From an uncultured virus (IMG/VR IMGVR_UViG_3300032073_000001) (Duplodnaviria > Heunggongvirae > Uroviricota > Caudoviricetes), in the IMG/VR virus record IMGVR_UViG_3300032073_000001: DNA of 64,000 nt; one strand, given 5' to 3'. The notes under the pieces are model-generated. The model did not search any database, was not told where the DNA came from, and was given only the letters and a program-made list of their open reading frames with translations. Numbering within the stretch: position 1 is the first letter of the stretch; each line of letters begins with the position of its first letter. A program made the position numbers and the translations under genes. Below, in pieces: positions 50,125 through 58,668 of this stretch.

Positions 50125-50198
50125 ACGTATATGTCTAGAATAGACCCTTTCTTCGATTGTGGAAATCCATATTTAAAATATAAAAATCTTCTTCTCAT
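50121..50198 (-). CDS. Microprotein (25 aa)
   Basis: MRRRFLYFKYGFPQSKKGSILDIYV; TAATG overlap upstream and ATGA overlap with the cyclase. Confidence 0.5.
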   Translation of the reverse strand: MRRRFLYFKYGFPQSKKGSILDIYV

Positions 50199-50362
50199 TA
50201 ATTTATCCAACAAACTGGATAAACACACCAATATGGATTTGCAAAACCTAACATCCACAATATAAGAATCCATAATGGGATTTGAACCCACGTTTTTCCT
50301 TTAGACCATTCTCTAAATCTTATAGCATACGGGGCGAGTTTATTAAAAATCCAATTTGACAT
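50198..50362 (-). CDS. Trp-rich small membrane protein (54 aa)
   Basis: MSNWIFNKLAPYAIRFREWSKGKTWVQIPLWILILWMLGFANPYWCVYPVCWIN; TAATG overlap with curlin-like gene. Confidence 0.65.
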   Translation of the reverse strand: MSNWIFNKLAPYAIRFREWSKGKTWVQIPLWILILWMLGFANPYWCVYPVCWIN

Positions 50363-51192
50363 TAGTTTTGTGTAACACTAACCGAACATCCACCTGATGT
50401 TTGGCAATTTTGAGTTAATGAATATGATTGAGCTGTATTACTAGTTTGAGTTAAATTAAATGTAGTGGGATTTGTACCAGTCAAAGTTACTGTAGCATTA
50501 TGAGCTCCATTACCAGATTGTGTGATTGTACCTGTATTTCCGTCATTGTATGTTATCAATGAAAGTGTCTTAGCACCATCTGTTTCTTGTTTAACAAAAA
50601 ATTCATTGTTATCTGAATAATAATAAATTGTAGCTGTGTGTCCGTTATAATTATTTAAACTACCATTTCTTTGATAACCTACTAGTTTGTTATCTTCTCC
50701 ATGAATATCTAAATTTAATCTATGGCCACCACCTTCATCTCCATCGTTTGAAAAAGTTGTATCATTTATATCTGTCAATATTGTACCTTGACCCCAACGA
50801 ACTACGTTGTTTGGATGATTAATATGAAATCCTATAACTGATTGAGAACAATTACCGGCTCCTCTTGTACACTTTTGTTCAAAATGTAAATTATTACCAG
50901 AACCGTCTAAATCACCACCATAAGCTAATCCTGATCCCCAATAGTCAACCCAAGATATTTTGTTATTATTACCTTCTTGTTTAAAGAGTAGTGTGTTATT
51001 ATCGTGAGCAATAGAAAGATTGACTTTATTATTATAACCTATCTGTTCAATATTCAAATTCAAGTTATCTGTTGATACACCTGATACTTGACTTATGATA
51101 ACTGAGTTTGTATTATCCGCTTTGACGTATGATGATAACGACAGACTGACCATCGCCAACACTGATAAGATTTTTCTTACCTTCATTTTCAC
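50362..51192 (-). CDS. Secreted curlin-repeat (CsgA/CsgB-like) protein
   Basis: Signal peptide ending VKA; QxGxxN repeats (IEQIGYNNKV, FKQEGNNNKI, ITQSGNGAHN); N/Q/G-rich. Confidence 0.8.
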   Translation of the reverse strand: MKMKVRKILSVLAMVSLSLSSYVKADNTNSVIISQVSGVSTDNLNLNIEQIGYNNKVNLSIAHDNNTLLFKQEGNNNKISWVDYWGSGLAYGGDLDGSGNNLHFEQKCTRGAGNCSQSVIGFHINHPNNVVRWGQGTILTDINDTTFSNDGDEGGGHRLNLDIHGEDNKLVGYQRNGSLNNYNGHTATIYYYSDNNEFFVKQETDGAKTLSLITYNDGNTGTITQSGNGAHNATVTLTGTNPTTFNLTQTSNTAQSYSLTQNCQTSGGCSVSVTQN

Positions 51193-52270
51193 TCTCCACT
51201 GTTGTATTTGAATCTATCGGAATTCTTACCGATATAACTCCATTTACTTCTCTATAAAACCAAATTTGACCAGCACCTTGATCTATTATTGTATTATATT
51301 GTGTATTTTTATCAAATCCTAAAGCAGTACCAACTATATTTCCGGAACCACCTGCAGATGATAAAATTTGTTTATTTTTTAAAATATTTATTTCTTCTAA
51401 AGCAACCAATATGTCTTGTAAAAAGTCGACATCAAGTAAATCCATATCGAGTTCATTGAATTCTAAATCATCTTCTGCTAAAAAATCATCGGCCAGATAA
51501 TCAGTATCGAGCTCAGTGAAATCAAGTAGGCCATTAGAATTGACCGCAGTATTAGCTTGAGTTTCCTCTTGTTGATCCTGTATTTCTTTTGGTGGATTAA
51601 CAATAAACATATTGTCAATCATATTTAAATTTATATTTTGAAGCGTAACTGGTTGTGCTGGTGCTGTATCATAACTTGACACCATTGTGGCTTGATATGC
51701 TTCTGTAAGGACTACTACACCGCCCTCATTTGTTACCGTAATTTCTCCTGACGGTGAACAATCACCATCTATAGTACATTCAGTTTCCGGAAGGAGAATT
51801 ACTAAACTTCTTCCCAATTCATCAACTGAAGTCGTAAAATCCGTCCCACGTACGCCCACTGTGGCGGTTGGAGTATCAATTACTATATTTTCTTTAGGTA
51901 ATAAACCTAATCTGCCAGTAGAAAATCTTGCAGTACCACTGACCATTTTCATTCCAATTCCACCATCTTTGGTTTTAGAATTGTAATAATATTCGTATAA
52001 TGTAACTTCCGTATGTTCAGTTAATCTAAGTACAGAAGAATCAATAAAATCTAATTTTAATCGACCATTAACTGTTTCAATATGATCCATTGCAATAACG
52101 CCTAAACCAAGATCAGTGGCAAATGACTCACCTTCACGAGTAATTCCACCACTGCCCTTGTGTTCAGTTATATTGCCAACATCATTGGCAAAAGCTGTTG
52201 AACTAATCAGTAATAGACTAGTCGCCAGTATCTTTTTGTTTAATGTCAACAATGCCATTCTCTGTGTCAA
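51113..52270 (-). CDS. Secreted FecR-domain protein
   Basis: Signal peptide ending AFA; D.IET..G...L.F.D.S...L...T, TPTATVGVRGTDF FecR motif; acidic D/L-rich linker. Confidence 0.85.
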   Translation of the reverse strand: MTQRMALLTLNKKILATSLLLISSTAFANDVGNITEHKGSGGITREGESFATDLGLGVIAMDHIETVNGRLKLDFIDSSVLRLTEHTEVTLYEYYYNSKTKDGGIGMKMVSGTARFSTGRLGLLPKENIVIDTPTATVGVRGTDFTTSVDELGRSLVILLPETECTIDGDCSPSGEITVTNEGGVVVLTEAYQATMVSSYDTAPAQPVTLQNINLNMIDNMFIVNPPKEIQDQQEETQANTAVNSNGLLDFTELDTDYLADDFLAEDDLEFNELDMDLLDVDFLQDILVALEEINILKNKQILSSAGGSGNIVGTALGFDKNTQYNTIIDQGAGQIWFYREVNGVISVRIPIDSNTTVESENEGKKNLISVGDGQSVVIIIRQSG

Positions 52271-52946
52271 AATCCGCGTTTATTATTCCATAACATCCAC
52301 TCACGCCAGTTGGGCATGTACCAGATGATTGAATAATATCGATATCTCCATTTGAACCTATGTATTCCATTGTTAATGAATTATCTGCACCATCGGATTG
52401 TGCTGTTAAGAAGTTATTTGAACTTCCTACAACATCCACATTCCAAGTTACATCATCAGCATTAATATCAATGTTCCATACGTTTGATCCACCGGTTATA
52501 TCTAAATCAAAATCCAATCTTTCAGCTGAAGCTGTATAACCCCAATCTATATCGAAAGTATTTGAAGAACCGGTTATGTCAACATCCATTACAGATGAAT
52601 CAGCACTTCCACCATAACCTACGTTCCAATCCCATATGTTACTATTTCCAGTTAACTTTAAGTCAACATCAGTAGAATCAAATAGTGTTGGACCAAAGAT
52701 TTGGTTCAAGTTACCTATCATATCTATATCCATTGTGACAGTGTTACCAGTCAAAACCCAATCAGTAGCACAATCTGCACTTGAGATAGTTCCACAAAGC
52801 TTATTACCATAACCGATTTGGTCTACGTATAGCCTTAGTGTATCTCCAGATTGATCTAAAAGAATTTTGTTATCATTGGCTCCAGCGAACACAACTACGG
52901 GGCATAATAAAAGAGCGAATGCGATATATCTTTTAAAAATATTCAT
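52218..52946 (-). CDS. Secreted acidic curlin-like beta-solenoid protein
   Basis: Signal peptide ending VFA; repeats DQIGYGN, DMIGNLN, KLTGNSN, DITGSSN, DITGGSN, DVVGSSN at about 23-26 aa spacing. Confidence 0.72.
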   Translation of the reverse strand: MNIFKRYIAFALLLCPVVVFAGANDNKILLDQSGDTLRLYVDQIGYGNKLCGTISSADCATDWVLTGNTVTMDIDMIGNLNQIFGPTLFDSTDVDLKLTGNSNIWDWNVGYGGSADSSVMDVDITGSSNTFDIDWGYTASAERLDFDLDITGGSNVWNIDINADDVTWNVDVVGSSNNFLTAQSDGADNSLTMEYIGSNGDIDIIQSSGTCPTGVSGCYGIINADFDTENGIVDIKQKDTGD

Positions 52947-53923
52947 CCTCTTATTTCCTCTATTGTTTCAGGGGTAATAACTTCTTCCGGAATGTTTTCT
53001 GGATCTTCTATTGGCTTAGTATATATAATTTCAGCTTCGTCTATAATCTGTTCGACTTTATTTTCAATGATTTGTTTCATTGGCCAATTTATTTTCCAAA
53101 AATCTAATTCTTCCCCCTGGTATATCATTTCTAACACAGCTGCTTCAATTGTTGAGCGAAGCGACCGTGTCACCGATTCGTTTTCTGTCATCCCATCTTC
53201 TATTTCTACAAGTTGAGTGTCCATATCAACGAATTTAAATACGTCATAGCCATCAGCGATCGACAAAATGGTTTTTGACGTTTGCACATTTAGTAAAATC
53301 TCACCTGTCAATGTGCTGACAGCTCTTAATGAAACAGTTACTATGTCTCTTCGGTATTGTTGTGAATAACCAATACCAAGAGTTCGAGCTCCCATTCCCC
53401 CAGTCTCGATATTAGTATCGAATCCAATGATACCTCCTTCAAGAATGATCCCTGCGAAAAGAAGCGGGGCTAACCCAGTTTCATCCTTTTCACCATATTG
53501 TTCTCTTGTAGTACGAACGATTTGACGTTCTCTTGTAAGATGATCTATTCCTACGCGTTCTACTACTCTAAACCATTGTCCTTTTCCTGCATTTTTTAAT
53601 GCGTCAATAAGCATTGTATCACCGCCTTGTGATACTGCTGTACTGAACATTGCAGCATTTCCTTTTTGTTTTCTTTGTCCTGTTTTATCAGGAAATCCGT
53701 ATACTGCTACGACTATTTGTTTTTCTGCTGGTGGTAAATTTCTTAATTCTTCATGTGTAGGTAACTCAACAACTTCTGGTGATTCTACACACGCTAAATT
53801 TAATGCAGGATTACAATTTGTTGCTGATAATCCTCCTGGCGGGACAATAGAAGCACATCCTTGCATAAGAAGGACTCCTATTAATAATATAAGCTTCTTA
53901 TCCACCAGTCGATCCAGCGCCAA
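52943..53923 (-). CDS. csgG: Curli secretion channel CsgG
   Basis: Lipobox MQGC; LPP....VVAVY.F.D.TGQRK, STAVSQG...MLI.AL, WF.VVER.G...L..ERQIVR, ILEGGIIGFDTN. Confidence 0.95.
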   Translation of the reverse strand: MALDRLVDKKLILLIGVLLMQGCASIVPPGGLSATNCNPALNLACVESPEVVELPTHEELRNLPPAEKQIVVAVYGFPDKTGQRKQKGNAAMFSTAVSQGGDTMLIDALKNAGKGQWFRVVERVGIDHLTRERQIVRTTREQYGEKDETGLAPLLFAGIILEGGIIGFDTNIETGGMGARTLGIGYSQQYRRDIVTVSLRAVSTLTGEILLNVQTSKTILSIADGYDVFKFVDMDTQLVEIEDGMTENESVTRSLRSTIEAAVLEMIYQGEELDFWKINWPMKQIIENKVEQIIDEAEIIYTKPIEDPENIPEEVITPETIEEIRG

Positions 53924-54458
53924 TTGGAATTACTATTTGTGTTTCTGTTCCATCTTCAGCAACAATAGTCATAACAATAACTTGTTCACCCTGAGTACAA
54001 GCCCATAGACTTTCATCACATATCGTTTTTTGATATGTAATTGTATTTCCTTCTAGGACAAAACTACCAAATGTTGTTTCTGTACATGTTCCTGCAGCTA
54101 TTGCTTCAGCTGTACATGATTGAAATAATGATTCTACAAGCTGTTTAGATAATTGAGCATAAATTCTCGATTCGAGATTACGCATAAATTTTGCTAATGT
54201 TGTATTTTCTGCATCTCTTTGTGCTGCTTGTAATGCACTCTCTATTTTTTCAGCTATTGCTTGTCTTCTACTAAATTCCTGATTCTCAATTGTAAGATAA
54301 TGAGATGAGGTTCCTACTCCGCTGAACGAAGGATTTTTAAATTCATGTACTAATTCATCGCCATATATATCTTCAGCGGATCCAAGTAAAAAAATAACTA
54401 TAAAAGCCCATATGGCTATTTTAGAATTACGACTTATTAGTGGTTTTATTTCTTCCAT
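53898..54458 (-). CDS. csgF: Curli assembly factor CsgF
   Basis: Signal peptide then ELVHEFKNPSFSG...L.IEN (CsgF F.F.NP.FGG motif), F.RNLESRIYAQLS; adjacent to csgG; start likely 54458. Confidence 0.88.
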   Translation of the reverse strand: MEEIKPLISRNSKIAIWAFIVIFLLGSAEDIYGDELVHEFKNPSFSGVGTSSHYLTIENQEFSRRQAIAEKIESALQAAQRDAENTTLAKFMRNLESRIYAQLSKQLVESLFQSCTAEAIAAGTCTETTFGSFVLEGNTITYQKTICDESLWACTQGEQVIVMTIVAEDGTETQIVIPIGAGSTGG

Positions 54459-54756
54459 TTTTTTTCTCCATAAGAGCTTCTTTTTCTTCGAGATCTTCGA
54501 TGAATTTTTGTCGCTCTCTGTATTCAAGTACAACATTTACTTTTTGTTGTAATCTAATCATATCTTGATCAAGCATTCGTATTTGATCAATTAATCGAAT
54601 TAATGCAAAATGCATTTCTTCTATTTTAGGTTCCAATTCATCTGAAATAAATTTCCACACATAATATATGAAATATCCCATACCCACAGCCAAAACGACT
54701 GGGAACCCATAATCATTTATTAACGCTACAATTGTAGGATCTTGGCTTACTTCCAT
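54427..54756 (-). CDS. Single-TM coiled-coil membrane protein
   Basis: INDYGFPVVLAVGMGYFIYYVW helix followed by a heptad pattern. Confidence 0.75.
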   Translation of the reverse strand: MEVSQDPTIVALINDYGFPVVLAVGMGYFIYYVWKFISDELEPKIEEMHFALIRLIDQIRMLDQDMIRLQQKVNVVLEYRERQKFIEDLEEKEALMEKKNGRNKTTNKS

Positions 54757-55049
54757 TAATCCCTCCTAGCATCAATTTTACCGTCTTCAACAAAGTTTGA
54801 CGCTCTTGCTACTCTGTCTACTGGCGGTGTTAATTCTAAAGCACTACTTACCAATAAGTCTATTTTTACAATCTCATTATTCATTGTAGTAACTCTTGTT
54901 TCTAAGCTTTTTGTAAACATAGTAAGAGTACTAATTGAGTCAACGAGACCTCCTAGTATCTGTTTTAATATCAAAAATATAAAATAGCCCATAACTAATG
55001 AGCCGGCGATAGGAGTACCTACCTCCATTATAAGTTCGAATATTTCCAT
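54756..55049 (-). CDS. Single-TM coiled-coil membrane protein (paralogue of next gene)
   Basis: IMEVGTPIAGSLVMGYFIFLIL; ATG at 55049 is 5 nt after TATAAATA. Confidence 0.75.
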   Translation of the reverse strand: MEIFELIMEVGTPIAGSLVMGYFIFLILKQILGGLVDSISTLTMFTKSLETRVTTMNNEIVKIDLLVSSALELTPPVDRVARASNFVEDGKIDARRD

Positions 55050-55054
55050 AGTAC

Positions 55055-55062
55055 TATTTATA
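55055..55062 (-). promoter_or_regulatory. T4-type late promoter TATAAATA heading the curli operon
   Basis: Exact consensus. Confidence 0.85.
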
Positions 55063-55082
55063 CTATGCACGATTCTAGATTA

Positions 55083-55412
55083 CTAAAAGGCTACTGATTC
55101 TCCACAACCACAGGACGCAGTTGCATTAGGATTTATGAATTTGAATTCTGAATTGAGTCCCTCAGTAATGTAATCTAAGGTTAATCCAGTAAAATTGTGA
55201 AGTTGGCCAGTTTCTACTACTATAAGAAACTTTCCGTAGTCTATGATATGATCATCGCCAGTGACTGTATCAGCAAAAGCGATAACATATTTAAAACCGT
55301 TGCAACCGCCAGGATAATAACCAATTCTGACAGTATCATTCCCCTCATTTTGGGTTTGTTTGAGTAATTGTTGAATTGCTTCATTAGTCAACTCGATCAT
55401 TAGGTTCTCCAT
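55083..55412 (-). CDS. iscA: A-type Fe-S carrier IscA/SufA
   Basis: GGCNGFKY, LDY..EGL...F.F.NPNA...CGCGES. Confidence 0.93.
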   Translation of the reverse strand: MENLMIELTNEAIQQLLKQTQNEGNDTVRIGYYPGGCNGFKYVIAFADTVTGDDHIIDYGKFLIVVETGQLHNFTGLTLDYITEGLNSEFKFINPNATASCGCGESVAF

Positions 55413-55821
55413 TGTGCTGTCTATGGGCTTTTTTATCTTCCCAATTTCTTATTGCCTGACGAATCGAATCTTCAGCTAATACAGAACAATGAAGTTTGAT
55501 AGCCGGAAGTTCTAATATTTCGGCAATATCTTTGTCTTTAACAAGTTTTGCCTCTTCTATGGTTTTACCCATTAGCATATCAACGAATAATGAAGAAGAT
55601 GCGATAGCGGATCCGCATCCATAAGTTTTAAATTTAACATCAACGATTTCTTCGTTGTCATTCAATTTCAGTTGTAGCTTCATGACATCACCACACGCGG
55701 GTGCGCCTGTCATTCCGGTTGCTACATTGGATTCTTTTGGATCGAATCGGCCTACAGAGAATTTCTCTGGAGAATTTAATACATTATTAAATCTGTCTAT
55801 TACCTTCTGCGAATAGGCCAT
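55384..55821 (-). CDS. iscU: Fe-S scaffold IscU
   Basis: MAYS.KVID, GAPACGDVMKLQ, FKTYGCGSAIASSS, LPAIKLHCSVLAED. Confidence 0.96.
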   Translation of the reverse strand: MAYSQKVIDRFNNVLNSPEKFSVGRFDPKESNVATGMTGAPACGDVMKLQLKLNDNEEIVDVKFKTYGCGSAIASSSLFVDMLMGKTIEEAKLVKDKDIAEILELPAIKLHCSVLAEDSIRQAIRNWEDKKAHRQHNGEPNDRVD

Positions 55822-55830
55822 GATTCATTT

Positions 55831-56082
55831 TTAGTTAGCGAATGCTACTGAAACAGCTAAAGAAGTAGCTACTCCGGTAAGTGTATCAGATGGAGCTTTA
55901 GCGATTAAAACTGATTCTCCTGCGGCTAATGTCACAGTTGCTAGTGTAGTACCACCTGCAGCTTTTTGTGTAATAACTTGCACTGAAGTTTTATTGTTTA
56001 AAACCCTTACTAATTTAGCAAACCCAACATTAGATGCTGAAGCTAAACCTGCTTCTGATCCTAATAGTCTTAATACTGCCAT
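55831..56082 (-). CDS. Small late hypothetical protein (possible virion protein)
   Basis: 83 aa, Ala/Val/Thr-rich, GAGG RBS, late promoter upstream. Confidence 0.7.
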   Translation of the reverse strand: MAVLRLLGSEAGLASASNVGFAKLVRVLNNKTSVQVITQKAAGGTTLATVTLAAGESVLIAKAPSDTLTGVATSLAVSVAFAN

Positions 56083-56103
56083 TTTGTTTTCCTCTTAAAT
56101 AAC

Positions 56104-56111
56104 TATTTATA
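56104..56111 (-). promoter_or_regulatory. T4-type late promoter TATAAATA
   Basis: Exact consensus overlapping the lysozyme stop. Confidence 0.75.
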
Positions 56112-56562
56112 TATTTTCAAGTCTCACCATGAGCCTTTCTGCTCTATTTGTGACTTGTTTATGCCATCTTGAATCTCTTCCTTCGACAGCTGCTGTTTTC
56201 CAATCACCGCACTGAAGCGCTGTATTGTGTTTTTTAAATTTAGAAAGTCGAGTATAACCCATGTTAAACATCATATTTGCAATGATCTGTTTTGCTTCCT
56301 CGGGATATCCATCCCAACCTTCATGCAATTTTTTACAATCGGCAATTACCGTTTGTACATCCTTCTCAAAAACTTCATAAACGCGTTGTTCGGTAACTGG
56401 TGTGCCCAATGGTTGACCCTTTTCTTGATCACCATCAATAACCAAATGACCGATACCAAAAGTAGCATAGCCAAGATGATCGTTATAAATTTCATTGACC
56501 TGTCCTTCGTCTATTTTTAGTTGCTCTCTTAATTTATTAATATCCATTTGTGGTATCCTCAT
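56107..56562 (-). CDS. e: T4-type lysozyme (GH24) endolysin
   Basis: L..DEG....IY.D.LGY.T.GIGHL catalytic E-D-T motif, NM.FNMG, S.W..Q..NRA.R; start may be the internal MDINKL. Confidence 0.92.
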   Translation of the reverse strand: MRIPQMDINKLREQLKIDEGQVNEIYNDHLGYATFGIGHLVIDGDQEKGQPLGTPVTEQRVYEVFEKDVQTVIADCKKLHEGWDGYPEEAKQIIANMMFNMGYTRLSKFKKHNTALQCGDWKTAAVEGRDSRWHKQVTNRAERLMVRLENI

Positions 56563-56828
56563 TTTATGATGTTAGCAATAACATCTTCAAATTGTTCAAT
56601 TTTCTCTGTCCTATTTGGCCAAAGTATGTATTCCTTTTCAGGATTTTTCTTCAAGTTACTGAGCAATGGTAATATTGCATTATATAACTTACCTAGTTTT
56701 GCTTCAGCTGCAGCTAATTCTGATGCTGCAGTGTCAGCGGTTTTACTTACGGTTTGTACAGCTTCGAGTTCATGTTCATCAACTGCTGTAAAACCAAAGT
56801 CAAAATCTAAATTGTCTAAATCTGCCAT
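56559..56828 (-). CDS. Conserved hypothetical protein
   Basis: 89 aa, FDFGFTAVDE..L, PLL.NLKKNPEK.YI.WP.R; late promoter and GAGG RBS. Confidence 0.75.
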   Translation of the reverse strand: MADLDNLDFDFGFTAVDEHELEAVQTVSKTADTAASELAAAEAKLGKLYNAILPLLSNLKKNPEKEYILWPNRTEKIEQFEDVIANIIK

Positions 56829-56829
56829 T

Positions 56830-56961
56830 TTATACCTCGTATGTATTTATATCTTTATACTTAGCTTTTCTCGGCAAAGTTTTAGTTTTATCTTTTTCCA
56901 CGCGAGTAACAGTATGAGATGGTGTTACCTTTCTCACTTTGATTTCATGCCTCGGTGGCAT
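56830..56961 (-). CDS. Small basic protein (43 aa)
   Basis: MPPRHEIKVRKVTPSHTVTRVEKDKTKTLPRKAKYKDINTYEV exactly fills the gap; not in track. Confidence 0.5.
   Translation of the reverse strand: MPPRHEIKVRKVTPSHTVTRVEKDKTKTLPRKAKYKDINTYEV
56844..56851 (-). promoter_or_regulatory. T4-type late promoter TATAAATA
   Basis: Exact consensus upstream of 56559..56828 and lysozyme. Confidence 0.75.
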
Positions 56962-56968
56962 TTTAATT

Positions 56969-58387
56969 TTAAACGTCGTAGTTGTCATTTCTTGCCGTGT
57001 ATGGTGTTAAAGCAAATCGTTTAGATGGATTTACAGATACACCAAAAAGTGTTATTAAATCTCTATTACACAACATCTCTGATGCTGTATTTTTAAGCGA
57101 TAATCCTAAATGTATTAGATAGGATCTATTATTAAATGTTATTGTATGTTCAATAACTGGTCTTTCATCGACCGTTTCCATATGTCTTGCTTTAGATAAA
57201 CCAATAAGATCAGATTCAAATTTCTTACCATTCTTTTTCCAAAATACTTTTTTATCTTTTACCTTAAGATCATCAACCATTAACATTGATGCATTTGTTC
57301 CATTGCCGGTATCAAGTTTAGCTCGTATTGGATCATCTTCCATACCTTCAAGGATAATTGTTTCAATAAAACCTGCTTCAAGTCTAAAGAATTTAGTTCT
57401 ATTATTTTCTTCTAACAAATATTTTAAAAATATATCAAATAATTTATTGTCTGATTTTTTACCTACAGATTTTTGTGTATCTAAATCATATGCGTTATAA
57501 TGTGACTTTACACCAGGAGATCCATTTACCTCTAAAATATAAATCTCTCCATCAACTATACAATGATCTACACCAACATAATATCCTCCACTTACTCGTG
57601 AAGCTGCAAGAATTATTTCAATTTCCCTTTCCTTTAATATATAAGGAACCGTATCTGCGCCTTGATGAACATTTGATCTAAATTCAGAACCTTTAGCCGT
57701 GATTCTTTTTGCTGCACCTAATATTTTACCATCAACTACAAGAGTTCTGATATCATATTCCATTTCTAAGAATTCTTGCATCAACAGCTGTGCATCAAAC
57801 TTCCATAAAGATTGACATACAGACCTTAAAGAACTCATCGAATCAACTTTTGTTACACCTACACCTTGCGTTCCGGTCAAAGTTTTAACAATTACAGGAA
57901 ATTTACTACCAATTTGTTTATGAGCAAATTCGATACTTTCATCGTTGTTCAATATAACTGTGCGCGGTGTTTTAACATTTGATCTATTCATAGCAATTGT
58001 AGTTGCCATTTTATTATCACATAACATCATGGATTCAAGATCATTAACCATAAAGAATCCCGCGGTTTGTAATGTAGATACTAAAGCTTGTCCTACCTGA
58101 GTCGCAATTGCTCCACCTCTTGTAAATACGATTGTTGAATCTATATTACATGTAACCTTTTTACCTTCTCCATCGATATTACGAATATCAACTTTTCTCA
58201 GTTCAATATCGGCATCACCTAAATATGCTTTATCAATATCAATTAAATTGCATTCTATATCATTAAACGAACATACATCAGCCATAACTTTTGCTGCTGT
58301 TCCATCGTCCAGTGAATTAGCCAATATAATTACAGACATTTTCATGTTCTTTTCTTTGGCTTCTGTGATATAGTTATAATCGTACAT
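56969..58387 (-). CDS. rimK: RimK-like ATP-grasp ligase fused to a retropepsin-like (RimB-type) protease
   Basis: FPVIVK.L.GTQG.GV, MQEF, DIR.LV, FRSN.HQG, GVD, LEVN.SPG; C-terminal RAKLDTGN...ERPV..L..R. Confidence 0.9.
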   Translation of the reverse strand: MYDYNYITEAKEKNMKMSVIILANSLDDGTAAKVMADVCSFNDIECNLIDIDKAYLGDADIELRKVDIRNIDGEGKKVTCNIDSTIVFTRGGAIATQVGQALVSTLQTAGFFMVNDLESMMLCDNKMATTIAMNRSNVKTPRTVILNNDESIEFAHKQIGSKFPVIVKTLTGTQGVGVTKVDSMSSLRSVCQSLWKFDAQLLMQEFLEMEYDIRTLVVDGKILGAAKRITAKGSEFRSNVHQGADTVPYILKEREIEIILAASRVSGGYYVGVDHCIVDGEIYILEVNGSPGVKSHYNAYDLDTQKSVGKKSDNKLFDIFLKYLLEENNRTKFFRLEAGFIETIILEGMEDDPIRAKLDTGNGTNASMLMVDDLKVKDKKVFWKKNGKKFESDLIGLSKARHMETVDERPVIEHTITFNNRSYLIHLGLSLKNTASEMLCNRDLITLFGVSVNPSKRFALTPYTARNDNYDV

Positions 58388-58392
58388 GGTTC

Positions 58393-58400
58393 TATTTATA
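58393..58400 (-). promoter_or_regulatory. T4-type late promoter TATAAATA
   Basis: Exact consensus, 5 nt upstream of rimK ATG. Confidence 0.85.
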
Positions 58401-58401
58401 C

Positions 58402-58668
58402 CTATTCGGATCTTATATATGCTTTTACGAATTCATCTTTAATTAAAACAGCTGCTTTTCCATCTACGTTGATAGGCATAGATTCTGACCATTGCACATA
58501 TACTCTATCTCCTGTAAATAGTCCTTCAACATGTGGACCGTATGCTAATACAACTCCAGGTTTTGCTGCTTTATCTATTTGAGCATCAGCGGATAGAATA
58601 ATTCCACCTGCTGTTTTCTCTTCTTTTTGTGCTTCCGCTACTAATACATAATCATGTCTTATTTTCAT
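58402..58668 (-). CDS. groES: Co-chaperonin GroES (Cpn10)
   Basis: D.VLV....EEKTAGGIIL mobile loop, GVVLA.GP, GDRV. Confidence 0.88.
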   Translation of the reverse strand: MKIRHDYVLVAEAQKEEKTAGGIILSADAQIDKAAKPGVVLAYGPHVEGLFTGDRVYVQWSESMPINVDGKAAVLIKDEFVKAYIRSE

